Positions 25,797 to 33,703 of a DNA stretch of 40,391 nucleotides are shown here, in pieces. Numbering within the stretch: position 1 is the first letter of the stretch; the number at the start of each line of letters is the position of its first letter. The position numbers and the translations under genes were made by a program. Under the pieces are notes generated by a model that worked only from the letters and a program-made list of their open reading frames with translations, was not told where the DNA came from and did no database searches. Origin of the DNA: a virus (Duplodnaviria; Caudoviricetes); the IMG/VR virus record IMGVR_UViG_3300025875_000061, positions 1 to 40,391 of that record. One strand, given 5' to 3'.

Positions 25797-26491
25797 GCCG
25801 CACCAGGCTCAGCGTCGTCACCATCGGGCTGCCAGTCGGCCGGCGGCTCCTCGGTCCAGTCCTCGGGCAGGGTGGTCTGCTCGGGGGCGGTGACGTCGGG
25901 GTCGGGGAACAGCTCGTCGACGTCGGCGCCGTTCTTGGTGATCGCCATGTACCAGCCCTTGGCGGCGGTGACGTCCGCGTCGGTCCACTCGGCTCGGGGC
26001 TTGCCGAACTTGGCCTCGAGGCGGTCGAGGTCGACGTTGAGGGCTGCGAAGGCGGCGACCATCTTGCCGATCCCGTCGGTGGGGAGCGCGGTCGCTGCGG
26101 CCTTGGGCAGCGGCTGGACGACGAAGGGCGCCCGCTTCCCTCGGGTCACGGTGAGGGCGAGGGTCAGGACCTTGTCGATGCCGTCGACGTGGCTGATGCG
26201 GATGCCGCCGACCTCCTGCCCGCCGAAGCGGACGGTGGGGTCCCGGTAGAGGGTCATGCGCTTGCCCGTGTAGGTGGAGGCGTCCTTCCCCCAGGCGGCG
26301 ACCATGACGCGGCGCATCGACTTGGAGGGCTTGAAGGGTCGGCCGGGGAACTCGACGAGGTGCACGTCGATCGGCTGCTCGGTGTTGCCGCGCTTGACCT
26401 CGGCGATGGTGAAGGTGCGGGGGCCGGACATGAGGTCGTCGGCGTTGAGCTGGTCGGAGCGGGGGGCGATGGAGTCGGTCATGTCGAGCAC
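25793..26491 (-). CDS. Exonuclease-partner protein, putative ssDNA-binding/annealing
   Basis: SDQLNADDL..GPRTFTI, KPSKSMRRV...WG, VRFGG..VGGIRISH; acidic C-terminal tail; AAGGAGG RBS. Confidence 0.65.
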   Translation of the reverse strand: MLDMTDSIAPRSDQLNADDLMSGPRTFTIAEVKRGNTEQPIDVHLVEFPGRPFKPSKSMRRVMVAAWGKDASTYTGKRMTLYRDPTVRFGGQEVGGIRISHVDGIDKVLTLALTVTRGKRAPFVVQPLPKAAATALPTDGIGKMVAAFAALNVDLDRLEAKFGKPRAEWTDADVTAAKGWYMAITKNGADVDELFPDPDVTAPEQTTLPEDWTEEPPADWQPDGDDAEPGAA

Positions 26492-26492
26492 G

Positions 26493-26792
26493 TCACGCCT
26501 CCTTCGCTGCGAGCTTGATGCCGTCGGGCTTGTCGCCGTTCTGGAGGAATCGGAGATCAACGCGGTAGGTCATCTCCATCTGGATCGCAGACCAGGACGC
26601 GCTGCGCCGGTAGGAGAGGGGGTCACGCTTGCCGCCCGACGTGGCCGATCCAAGGACGCGGCCTTCTCCTCCCCACCAGACGACGGCCTTGCCGTCGTCG
26701 TCGACCTCAACCCGGTCGAACTCGGGCAGCTCTTCGTCGTCGATCGCGGCAAGGATCGCTTCGATGCCTGCGCGGGCTTCTTGGAGGTTCAC
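26493..26792 (-). CDS. Hypothetical protein
   Basis: 99 aa between the exonuclease and its partner gene. Confidence 0.6.
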   Translation of the reverse strand: MNLQEARAGIEAILAAIDDEELPEFDRVEVDDDGKAVVWWGGEGRVLGSATSGGKRDPLSYRRSASWSAIQMEMTYRVDLRFLQNGDKPDGIKLAAKEA

Positions 26793-26793
26793 G

Positions 26794-27468
26794 TCAGATC
26801 ACCATGTCCATCTCGATGAGGCGGTCGGTTGAGGGCAGGTCGGCAGTCGCGGCCTGGTACTGCTGGACCATCTGCGCGGCGGTGTCCTCGAACGCGGAGA
26901 CGGCGGCGACGATCGCGTCGTGCCAGCGCGGGTCGGGCAGGACGCGCTTGCGGTAGAGGGGCATCCCGCCGCAGTAGGACAGGTAGTCGCACCAGGCCCG
27001 CCCGGACACCAGCAGCCCGCACTGCAGCTGGGCCATGTTCTCCGCGGGCACCTCGTCGGCGAGGATGGTCTGCAGGTGCTTCTTCGGCCGGCGGGACTTG
27101 ACCTCGATGAGCCCGTCGCCGCCGACCAGTCCGTCGGGGGAGTAGCCGATGCGGAAGCCCCAGTCGTCGCGGACCATGAACCCACTGGCGGTGACCGGGG
27201 CGTAGTGCTCGCCGTAGACGTGCACGGCGAGTGGTTCGTCCTCGATGCCGCGGAGCATGTCGTCGCCGAGGTAGGTGGCGTCGGTCCAGCCGGTGATGCG
27301 CTCGGCGACCAGAAGCGCGACGAGGGCCCTGGAGTAGTCGTTGACGGCCGGCTTGATCGTCTTGGTGGTGATCAGCTGGTCGACGACGGAGGCGGTGACC
27401 ATGCCGCGGCGCTGGTCGTGCCACTCGTCAGTGCCCTGGATCAGGTCGGGGAGCTCGATGAGGCTCAC
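26794..27468 (-). CDS. YqaJ/lambda-exonuclease family protein
   Basis: QGTDEW...RRG.VTAS, RG...EP, SPDGLV...LIEVK, QLQ motifs. Confidence 0.92.
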   Translation of the reverse strand: MSLIELPDLIQGTDEWHDQRRGMVTASVVDQLITTKTIKPAVNDYSRALVALLVAERITGWTDATYLGDDMLRGIEDEPLAVHVYGEHYAPVTASGFMVRDDWGFRIGYSPDGLVGGDGLIEVKSRRPKKHLQTILADEVPAENMAQLQCGLLVSGRAWCDYLSYCGGMPLYRKRVLPDPRWHDAIVAAVSAFEDTAAQMVQQYQAATADLPSTDRLIEMDMVI

Positions 27469-28178
27469 GCCGCCACCGCCGTCGGGTCGACCCATGCCCG
27501 CATCGGCCACTCGCCGTGGGGCAGGTCGTCGGTCGTGCCCTGCCGGATCAGGTAGGCGCGGAACGACTCGGCCTGCTCTGCGGCCCACCGAACCTGCGCC
27601 TCGTGCAGCTCGGGGAGGGACAGGCCGCGCACCGTCGGGTACTGGTGGCCGATCTTCCACGCCACCCGGGCCGCGGCCAGGGCGTCGGCCGCGGCGTCGT
27701 GCGCACCGTCGATCCGCACCCCGTAGTGCGCGCACTGGTCGACGAGCTTCCGCGACCCGCGCCGGTACGACACGTGCTTGTCCAGGACGAACGCGTCGAT
27801 GCAGTGCCCCGGCTCCAGCGGGGCTCGGCCGTGGCGGCGCAGCTCCCGGTCGAGCAGCGTCAGGTCGTAGACCAGGTTGAAGCCGACGACGGGCAGGCCA
27901 CCTCCCCACCAGTGGTCCAGGAGCAGGTCGGCGATCTCGGCGACACCCTCGTGCGCGGGGATGCCGAAGTTCCGGCACTGCTCGGTGGTGATCCCGTGCA
28001 CCGCAGTGGCGCCGGCGGGGATCTCGATGCCGGGATCGAGGAGCCACGTCATCGGCTCGACGGGCTGGCCGGGCTGGATCAGCGCCACGCAAGCGGTGAC
28101 GATCCGGGCCGTCTCGGTGTCCACAGACGTGCTCTCGAGGTCGAAGGCGACCATCGGGCCCTCGTGCCAGGTGGTCAT
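27465..28178 (-). CDS. DnaQ-like DEDDh 3'-5' exonuclease
   Basis: FDLEST, VHGIT, FN..YD, AHDAAADA. Confidence 0.92.
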   Translation of the reverse strand: MTTWHEGPMVAFDLESTSVDTETARIVTACVALIQPGQPVEPMTWLLDPGIEIPAGATAVHGITTEQCRNFGIPAHEGVAEIADLLLDHWWGGGLPVVGFNLVYDLTLLDRELRRHGRAPLEPGHCIDAFVLDKHVSYRRGSRKLVDQCAHYGVRIDGAHDAAADALAAARVAWKIGHQYPTVRGLSLPELHEAQVRWAAEQAESFRAYLIRQGTTDDLPHGEWPMRAWVDPTAVAA

Positions 28179-28360
28179 GCTGCTTCTCCGGTTCCGCCGC
28201 AGATGCGGCACTCGTACTCGCGGCCGGTGGTGGGGTCCTCGTGGTCGCCTTGGCCGGCGCAGGCCGAGCACGGGTCTCCGGGTTCGTCGTCCTCCCAGGA
28301 GCCGGAGGCCGGCCCGGTGGGGCCGGACTCGATGGCGGCTCGGGACATGTTGTGGTTCAC
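28175..28360 (-). CDS. Small DnaJ-type zinc-finger protein
   Basis: CSACAGQG and CRICGGTG. Confidence 0.6.
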   Translation of the reverse strand: MNHNMSRAAIESGPTGPASGSWEDDEPGDPCSACAGQGDHEDPTTGREYECRICGGTGEAA

Positions 28361-28536
28361 GACCCGAGCCCCGTCCCCATGCACCCGTCGCAGGTGAAGT
28401 CGGTGATCGGGTTGACGCCCTTGCCGGCGCAGTGGATGCACCGGTACACGCGGCTGGGTCGGGGGAGGCACGTCTTGTCGTGGCCGGGGCGTTGGACGCA
28501 GCCGACCGCGGTGCAGTGCAGCGTTGGGGCGGTCAC
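28357..28536 (-). CDS. Small DnaJ-type zinc-finger protein
   Basis: CIHCAGKG and CDGCMGTG plus an N-terminal C/C/H/C cluster. Confidence 0.6.
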   Translation of the reverse strand: MTAPTLHCTAVGCVQRPGHDKTCLPRPSRVYRCIHCAGKGVNPITDFTCDGCMGTGLGS

Positions 28537-28997
28537 GCCGCGGCCTTCCTGGCCTTGTAGCGGCGCGCAGCCGCGGCGTTGCAGACGCGACAGGATCGGG
28601 ACCTTCCGGCTACCGCGTAGACGTTGGTCTCGTTGCGCTCGTGACCGTTCTTGCACGTCGGGCGGCGCACCGGGAAGGCGCGACGACTGTTCTCGGCTCG
28701 GGTTACCAGCTCCATGTGGTCGGGGTTCACGCACCGGCGGTGCCGGCAGGTGACTCCGCCGGGGCAGGAGTCGTCCCGGGTGTGGCAGAGGTGGTCGACG
28801 TCCATGTCGGCGGGCAGCGATCCGGTGGCGAGCAGGTAGGCCACCCGATGGGCGGACCGCGCTACCCCCCGGTGAGAGATCCGGCCGTAGCCCCACTCGG
28901 TGATGTAGCCCGACCAGAGGTGGCACCCGTCGTCGGTCTTGACGACGCGGGTGCCGAGGAGCTCGCGCGTCTGCTCGTCCGAGCGCAGCGCCGGCAT
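28533..28997 (-). CDS. HNH endonuclease
   Basis: GCHLWSG, GYG, AHRVAY, DHLC...CVNPDH...T..EN, C-terminal CKNGH...CRVC. Confidence 0.92.
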   Translation of the reverse strand: MPALRSDEQTRELLGTRVVKTDDGCHLWSGYITEWGYGRISHRGVARSAHRVAYLLATGSLPADMDVDHLCHTRDDSCPGGVTCRHRRCVNPDHMELVTRAENSRRAFPVRRPTCKNGHERNETNVYAVAGRSRSCRVCNAAAARRYKARKAAA

Positions 28998-29362
28998 TAC
29001 TGGCCCACCGCCACGAGTGCGACCTGGCCGGCCGTGGGGCGACGGTGCGCGCGGATGACGTCGCGGATGTCGCCCTTGATCTCGTCCCGGATCAGCGCGT
29101 CCGCGCTCCCCGGGTCGATCGGGCCGCGCGCGCCCCGCTCACGCATCTCATCGACCGCGGTCCGGTAGTTGACCTGCTCCAGGCGCTCCAGCGGTTCGGC
29201 GAGCTCGTCCCAGCAGGCGAACACGTCGCCGACGCCGGGCAGCAGGAAGTCCAGGACGTCGCGCTGCTGGTCGCGGCCGAGGACCTCGATCGCGTCGCCG
29301 AGGGAGGCGGCGCAGCGCACCAGCTGGTCGAAGCGGGCGTAGTGGTCGGCGTAGGCGTTCAT
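28997..29362 (-). CDS. Hypothetical protein
   Basis: 121 aa; coupled overlaps. Confidence 0.65.
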   Translation of the reverse strand: MNAYADHYARFDQLVRCAASLGDAIEVLGRDQQRDVLDFLLPGVGDVFACWDELAEPLERLEQVNYRTAVDEMRERGARGPIDPGSADALIRDEIKGDIRDVIRAHRRPTAGQVALVAVGQ

Positions 29363-29664
29363 GCGGCACCGCCGCTGAGGATCTGCGCGATGGCGTAGGC
29401 GACGATCAGGCAGCAGGCCAGCCCGGTGCCGGTGACGTAGCCGGCGTGCGGGCGGGGGTTCGCCGTCTCCGGGTCCAGGATCGCGGCGAACGCGGCGGCG
29501 ACGAGGGCGACCAGACGGGCCACTCCGCGGTGCAGCGGCGACCGGGTGTCGTAGGTGCTGACGCCACCGGACGGGGCGGGCAGCAGCGGGCGCCCGTCCA
29601 GCCTCGGGATGTGGGCGGTGCGCGGCAGGGTCACCGCGATGGGCTGGGTCGTGAGATCGTGCAT
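29359..29664 (-). CDS. Hypothetical membrane protein
   Basis: AAGGAG RBS; C-terminal hydrophobic helix. Confidence 0.6.
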   Translation of the reverse strand: MHDLTTQPIAVTLPRTAHIPRLDGRPLLPAPSGGVSTYDTRSPLHRGVARLVALVAAAFAAILDPETANPRPHAGYVTGTGLACCLIVAYAIAQILSGGAA

Positions 29665-29694
29665 GGTGATCGACTCCTTCATCAGTCGGTCGAA

Positions 29695-29730
29695 TGACGG
29701 CGTCTCCCGGGCCTGGGAGGCGCTGTCGTC
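29695..29730 (-). terminator. Terminator-like hairpin after the first two early genes
   Basis: GAC.GCG.CTCCC-loop-GGGAG.CGC.GTC imperfect stem; no strong U tract. Confidence 0.4.
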
Positions 29731-29744
29731 GTTTCAGGGGTGGG

Positions 29745-29933
29745 TCAGGACGCGAGCGGGGTGGCTGCGGCCTGGCGTCGTGCGGCGATGCGCCGCTCCA
29801 ACTCGTCGACGGAGGGCCCGCCGGGTCGGTAGGCCTCCTCAGCGGCCTGCCTCGGAGACAGGGAGTCCTGGCGGGCGCAGACCGAGGCCCAGACCCGGCC
29901 GGCGGCTGCGATGGCGTCCTCGCGGCTGCTCAC
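29745..29933 (-). CDS. Hypothetical protein (62 aa)
   Basis: GTGA overlap with cro; AAEEAYRPGGPSVDELERRI. Confidence 0.65.
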   Translation of the reverse strand: MSSREDAIAAAGRVWASVCARQDSLSPRQAAEEAYRPGGPSVDELERRIAARRQAAATPLAS

Positions 29934-30232
29934 GCGGCCACCTTCTGCCGGTTGTTGATCCGACCATCGTCGATGGACACCGACGGCACGAAGAGGACGT
30001 CCAGCTCGGTGTCCAAGCGCCTCGCGATGCGCTCGGCGAGCTCGGGGGTGCACGTGCGACGGGTCTCGGTCACGAGGTGGCCGACCATGCTCTTCGAGCA
30101 GTCGACGTCTTCGGCGAACTCTCGGTAGGAGAGTCCCTTCCGTTCGATGAGCCGGCCGAGCCGCTCACCGCTGATCAGGCGCATCCAGGTCCCCTTCGGC
30201 CAACGTGCTCGGCGGTGCCTTTTCGGTGCCAT
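29930..30232 (-). CDS. Cro-like XRE HTH regulator
   Basis: LSYREFAEDVDCSKSMVGHL...AERIA...VLF; GGGAGG RBS; divergent from the repressor. Confidence 0.85.
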   Translation of the reverse strand: MAPKRHRRARWPKGTWMRLISGERLGRLIERKGLSYREFAEDVDCSKSMVGHLVTETRRTCTPELAERIARRLDTELDVLFVPSVSIDDGRINNRQKVAA

Positions 30233-30246
30233 CAGCTTCCTCCCTG

Positions 30247-30444
30247 GTAGACGGTTCTGTCAACCGCCGATAGCGAAACCATCGTCTACCAGTAGACGGT
30301 TGTCAAGTACGACCATGCAACTGGTTCCGCAGCTAGGCGAATCGCCGGTGATCTAGGTGGTAGGGCTTGTAGACGGTTCCCCTACCCTGACCGCGTCAGA
30401 GCTGTAGACGGCAGAGGCGGCACGGTGGTTGATCTCGAAGACGG
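30247..30444. promoter_or_regulatory. Operator array, GTAGACGG(TT) sites
   Basis: Copies at 30247, 30292, 30369, 30404; inverted copy at 30283 forming CGTCTAC-ca-GTAGACG; variant GAAGACGG near 30437. Confidence 0.75.
30278..30306 (-). promoter_or_regulatory. Early lytic promoter
   Basis: TTGACA-N17-GATGGT with the palindromic operator in the spacer. Confidence 0.7.
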
Positions 30445-30463
30445 CGCTCCGGATGGTTCCGGT
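30429..30463 (+). promoter_or_regulatory. Leaderless repressor promoter
   Basis: TTGATC-N17-GATGGT-N6-GTG(30464). Confidence 0.55.
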
Positions 30464-30973
30464 GTGCCCACGATCGCCGAGCTGCTGGCCAGCTACCGGG
30501 ACCGGACGGGCTACTCCTACAAGGACATGGCACGGAAGGTCCGCGATGAACTCCAAGCCTCACGCCTGCAGCAGCTCGTCACCGCGCCACCGAAGGCGTT
30601 CCCCGAGCGCCGCACCATCGAGCTCCTCTCGGAGCTACTGGAAGTACCGACCGCCACCACGGTCCTAGCCTTCGCAGCAGGGCTGGGAATCCCAATCAGC
30701 CAGTCCGGCACGATCCTCGAGCGGACTCTGCCGCCGGGCTCCGAAATCCTGACCGTCGAGGACCGCGAAGCAGTCCGAGTCGTCGCCAAGGCGCTGATCG
30801 ACGCACGCCGCGACGAGCACGCCATCATCGCCGCCTGGCAGCAGAACAAGGATCAGCCGCCGATCGCCAGCCCCGAGCCGGCGACGGTGCACGACTTCGT
30901 GCTGGCCGCGCGCCGTGGCGACTCCGAGGGTCGCCGGCTCCGCCAGCAGCAGGACGTAGACGCCGAATCCTAA
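30464..30973 (+). CDS. Immunity repressor
   Basis: N-terminal HTH (GYSYKDMARKV...SRLQQL); divergent from cro, upstream of ImmA; alternative start 30425. Confidence 0.8.
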   Translation: MPTIAELLASYRDRTGYSYKDMARKVRDELQASRLQQLVTAPPKAFPERRTIELLSELLEVPTATTVLAFAAGLGIPISQSGTILERTLPPGSEILTVEDREAVRVVAKALIDARRDEHAIIAAWQQNKDQPPIASPEPATVHDFVLAARRGDSEGRRLRQQQDVDAES

Positions 30974-31005
30974 GCGTGTAGTTCCGACACCGGCCGGTCC
31001 GGTTC

Positions 31006-31034
31006 TGTCGGACCCGCTCGGTAGACCGTTCCCC
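31006..31034 (+). promoter_or_regulatory. PafBC/RecA-NDp-like DNA-damage promoter (leaderless)
   Basis: TGTCGG-N10-TAGACC-N7-GTG versus consensus TGTCGG-N10-TAnnnT (last base differs). Confidence 0.6.
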
Positions 31035-31484
31035 GTGAGTCCACGGGGAATCTGGCATCCATGGCGCCACCTGGCGCGACACCACCCGCACATCGACGTG
31101 CGGTTCGCCGACCTGCCCATCGGGCTCCTCGGCTACACCGACCTATCCAGCCACGCCATCGTGCTGGCCAGGCATCTCACCCAGGTCGAACGGAGGTGCA
31201 CGTTGACCCACGAACTCGAGCACGTGCACCGCGGCCCGGTGCCGGCCGACCCTTGCCTCGCCGCCCGCGAGGAAACGGTCGTCGACGGCATCGCCGCCCG
31301 CCGGCTCGTCTCTCTCAAGGAGCTCATCGACGCGCTCCTGCTCTCCCACCACGAGCACGACGTCGCCGACGAGCTGTGGGTCGACATCCCCACCCTGCGG
31401 ACCCGCATCGCCGGCCTGGCGCAACAGGAGCGCGAGGCGATCGAGGCTCGGCTGCAGCAGTCGGACTACTGGGGGATCGCGTGA
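31035..31484 (+). CDS. ImmA/IrrE-family metallopeptidase (anti-repressor)
   Basis: ERRCTLTHELEH (HExxH), EE...AARRL, VADELWV. Confidence 0.92.
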   Translation: MSPRGIWHPWRHLARHHPHIDVRFADLPIGLLGYTDLSSHAIVLARHLTQVERRCTLTHELEHVHRGPVPADPCLAAREETVVDGIAARRLVSLKELIDALLLSHHEHDVADELWVDIPTLRTRIAGLAQQEREAIEARLQQSDYWGIA

Positions 31485-31699
31485 CCGGCCTCGAGCTGCA
31501 GGTGCTGGCGGTCGAGCGGGAGTGGTGGCGGCACCCCGGCGCCAAGCTGAAGGCCATCCACTCGCTGGGCGTCACCGAGACGCGCTACTACCAGCTGCTG
31601 AACCGGCTGGTGGACAAGCCGGAGGCTGAGGCGCTGGAGCCGGTGTTGGTGCATCGGCTCCGCAGGGTCCGGGCTACGGCGAAGCGGAGGGCGGCCTGA
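31481..31699 (+). CDS. DUF3263 family small DNA-binding protein
   Basis: LAVEREWWRHPGAK..AI...TRYYQLLNRL.D.PEA...P.LVHRLRR; GTGA and TGATG overlaps with neighbours. Confidence 0.85.
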   Translation: MTGLELQVLAVEREWWRHPGAKLKAIHSLGVTETRYYQLLNRLVDKPEAEALEPVLVHRLRRVRATAKRRAA

Positions 31700-33153
31700 T
31701 GGCCCGTCTGCGCCCGGTTCCGCAGGCTCAGCCTCGAGCACTCGCGCTGATCCGGGTGTCGAAGGAGCGGGAGGGCATGGTGTCCCCGGAGCTGCAGGAC
31801 ACCGCCATCGGCGACTACTGCGCGCGCCGCGGCTACGTCATCACCGAGCGCATGGAGGGCTTGGACGAGTCTGGGTCCCGGTCGAAGTCCCGGTGGTGGG
31901 CGAAGCTGGACACCGCGGTCGGCATGATCGAGGCCGGCGCCGTGGACGTCATCGTGGTGTGGAAGTTCTCCCGCACTGCCCGGCACCGGCTCCGGTGGGC
32001 GGTGGCCCTGGACCGGGTGGAGACGGCCGGCGGCCGGCTTGAGTCCGCGACCGAACAGGTTGACGTGTCCACGTCCACGGGGCGGTTCACCCGGGGGATG
32101 CTCGCCGAGCTCAACGCGTTCGAGGCCGAGCGGATCGGCGAGCAGTGGAAGGAGGCCCACGCTCGCCGGCTCGGCAAGGGGCTGCCCTCCCGTGGGGGCG
32201 ATCGGTACGGCTACGTGCGCGACGGGGACGCCTACTCCCCGGATCCGACGACGGGCCCGGTGTTGGCCGGCATGTACGCGGACTACCTGGATGGCGTCGG
32301 GTTCTCGACGATCGCGCGGCGGCTGAACCGTGCCGGGGAGCGGACGTTGGCCGGGCAGGTGTGGTCCTCGGAGCGGGTGGCCGCGGTCCTGGACTCGGGG
32401 TTCGGGGCGGGGCAGCTGGCGATCGGGAAGCGTCGGGACGTGACCTGGGTGCCCGGTGTGCACCGGCCGGTGGTGGACGCGAAGACGTGGGCTGCCTACC
32501 GGGAGGCGCGGGGTGAGCGCCGCGGGCAGCCGTCGTCGGGGGCGCCGCTCTATCCGCTGTCGGGGCTGTTGTACTGCGGGGACTGTGGTGCGCTGATGTA
32601 CGCCGCCCGGCTGGGGCGGGTGGCGGGCTACGGGTTCATCTGCTCCCGGTGGGCGAAGACGGGGGAGGGGCGGTGCGTCACCGTGTCTCGAGCGAAGGCC
32701 GAGCGGACGGTTCTGGCGTGGCTGGCCAGCTATGCGGCGGAGGTGGAGGAGCAGGCGGCTCGGCAGGCTGTGCGCGCCGCGGCCCAGCTGGTGGCCCGGT
32801 CGGATGCGACGGACCTGCGGCGTCAGGTTGTCCGCTTGGACGAGCGGCTGAACAAGTTGACCGCCGGCTGGACCGAGGGGTTGGTGCCGGATGCGGCTTA
32901 CGCAGCGACCCGCGATCAGCTGACGGCGCAGCGGGAGGATCTGGTCGTCCGGGCGCGGGAGGCGGAGGGGCGTTCGGTGGCGTTGAAGCGGCCGGCGGCG
33001 CCGATGGTCACCGAGCTTTTGGCGACGTGGGACGAGAAGCCTGCGGCCGGGATCCGGGACATGCTGTCGCATCTGGTGCGCCGCGTGGTGGTGGTTCGAC
33101 CAGTCGATGGACCGGTGGAGGTACGGGTGGAGCCGGTCGTGGACTTGGAGTGA
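31699..33153 (+). CDS. int: Large serine integrase
   Basis: Catalytic IRVS, SG, VWKFSRTAR, recombinase domain (YGY), zinc ribbon LSGLLYCGDCG...C...C, coiled coil. Confidence 0.95.
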   Translation: MARLRPVPQAQPRALALIRVSKEREGMVSPELQDTAIGDYCARRGYVITERMEGLDESGSRSKSRWWAKLDTAVGMIEAGAVDVIVVWKFSRTARHRLRWAVALDRVETAGGRLESATEQVDVSTSTGRFTRGMLAELNAFEAERIGEQWKEAHARRLGKGLPSRGGDRYGYVRDGDAYSPDPTTGPVLAGMYADYLDGVGFSTIARRLNRAGERTLAGQVWSSERVAAVLDSGFGAGQLAIGKRRDVTWVPGVHRPVVDAKTWAAYREARGERRGQPSSGAPLYPLSGLLYCGDCGALMYAARLGRVAGYGFICSRWAKTGEGRCVTVSRAKAERTVLAWLASYAAEVEEQAARQAVRAAAQLVARSDATDLRRQVVRLDERLNKLTAGWTEGLVPDAAYAATRDQLTAQREDLVVRAREAEGRSVALKRPAAPMVTELLATWDEKPAAGIRDMLSHLVRRVVVVRPVDGPVEVRVEPVVDLE

Positions 33154-33158
33154 CTCAG

Positions 33159-33220
33159 GGTCACATCCCTGGGTCGTGTCCTGTCGCTGGACGACACGGC
33201 GGCGAGGGATGCATTTGACC
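33159..33220. other. Imperfect 62-bp inverted repeat; candidate attP or RNA stem-loop
   Basis: GGTCA/TGACC, CATCCCT/AGGGATG, GTCGTGTC/GACACGGC, GTC/GAC nested arms directly after the int stop. Confidence 0.4.
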
Positions 33221-33274
33221 TACCGAACCAGGATCGGCCGCTACCCTGCGGCCACCATCGCACGGGGAGAACGC

Positions 33275-33646
33275 ATGAAGCGCACAGCACTCGTCTTGGC
33301 CGCCGCCTGTCTCGCGTTGGCCGGATGCGGCGGCGGTGACGGCGTTGCGGCAGGTGCGAGCTCGGCTACCGAGAGCAGTAGCAGGCTCGCGTCGGAGGAC
33401 GAGCGGCGACAGGTTGCCTACGACGCCTGCGTGGAGGCGGTCACGGAGCAGCTCAAGGCTCCGGCGACTGCTGAGTTCGCGGCGCTGGAGGACGTTGAGG
33501 TCACCGAGAAGTCCGCTGGCTACACCCTCAGGGGCGACGTGGACGCGCAGAACGGGTTCGGGGCGCTGATCCGGAACAGCTACACGTGTGACGTCACGGT
33601 CACCGGCATGGGCAACGCGCAAGACGTCAGCGTCTACTTCGGCTGA
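33275..33646 (+). CDS. Lipoprotein (candidate superinfection exclusion)
   Basis: Signal peptide with lipobox LAGC; C...V...LKAPATAEF, VDAQNGFGA...YTC; GGGGAG RBS. Confidence 0.8.
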   Translation: MKRTALVLAAACLALAGCGGGDGVAAGASSATESSSRLASEDERRQVAYDACVEAVTEQLKAPATAEFAALEDVEVTEKSAGYTLRGDVDAQNGFGALIRNSYTCDVTVTGMGNAQDVSVYFG

Positions 33647-33654
33647 CCCCCTCA

Positions 33655-33703
33655 ACGCAAAGACCGCCCCGCCCAGCACCGTGAGGTACTGAGCGGGGCG
33701 GTC
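33655..33703 (-). terminator. Intrinsic terminator between convergent genes
   Basis: 19-bp stem GACCGCCCCGCUCAGUACC/GGUGCUGGGCGGGGCGGUC (two G-U pairs on the minus strand), followed by UUUGCGUU. Confidence 0.8.

Noticed and set aside
29665-29744. Hammerhead-like words on the minus strand (CCU-GAAAC...GUC...CUGAUGA-AGG)
   Set aside because: Stem I cannot form (AUUCGACCGA gives an A-A closing pair and a 2-nt loop) and stem II is only 3 bp. Better explained as a terminator-like hairpin plus RBS. A cleavage assay would settle it.
30233-31034. LexA (SOS) box in the immunity region
   Set aside because: No TCGAAC-N4-GTTCGA-like site seen by eye.
33215-33247. TTGACC...TACCCT promoter for the lipoprotein
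   Set aside because: The 21-nt spacer is too long for a paired -35/-10; only the -10 is plausible.
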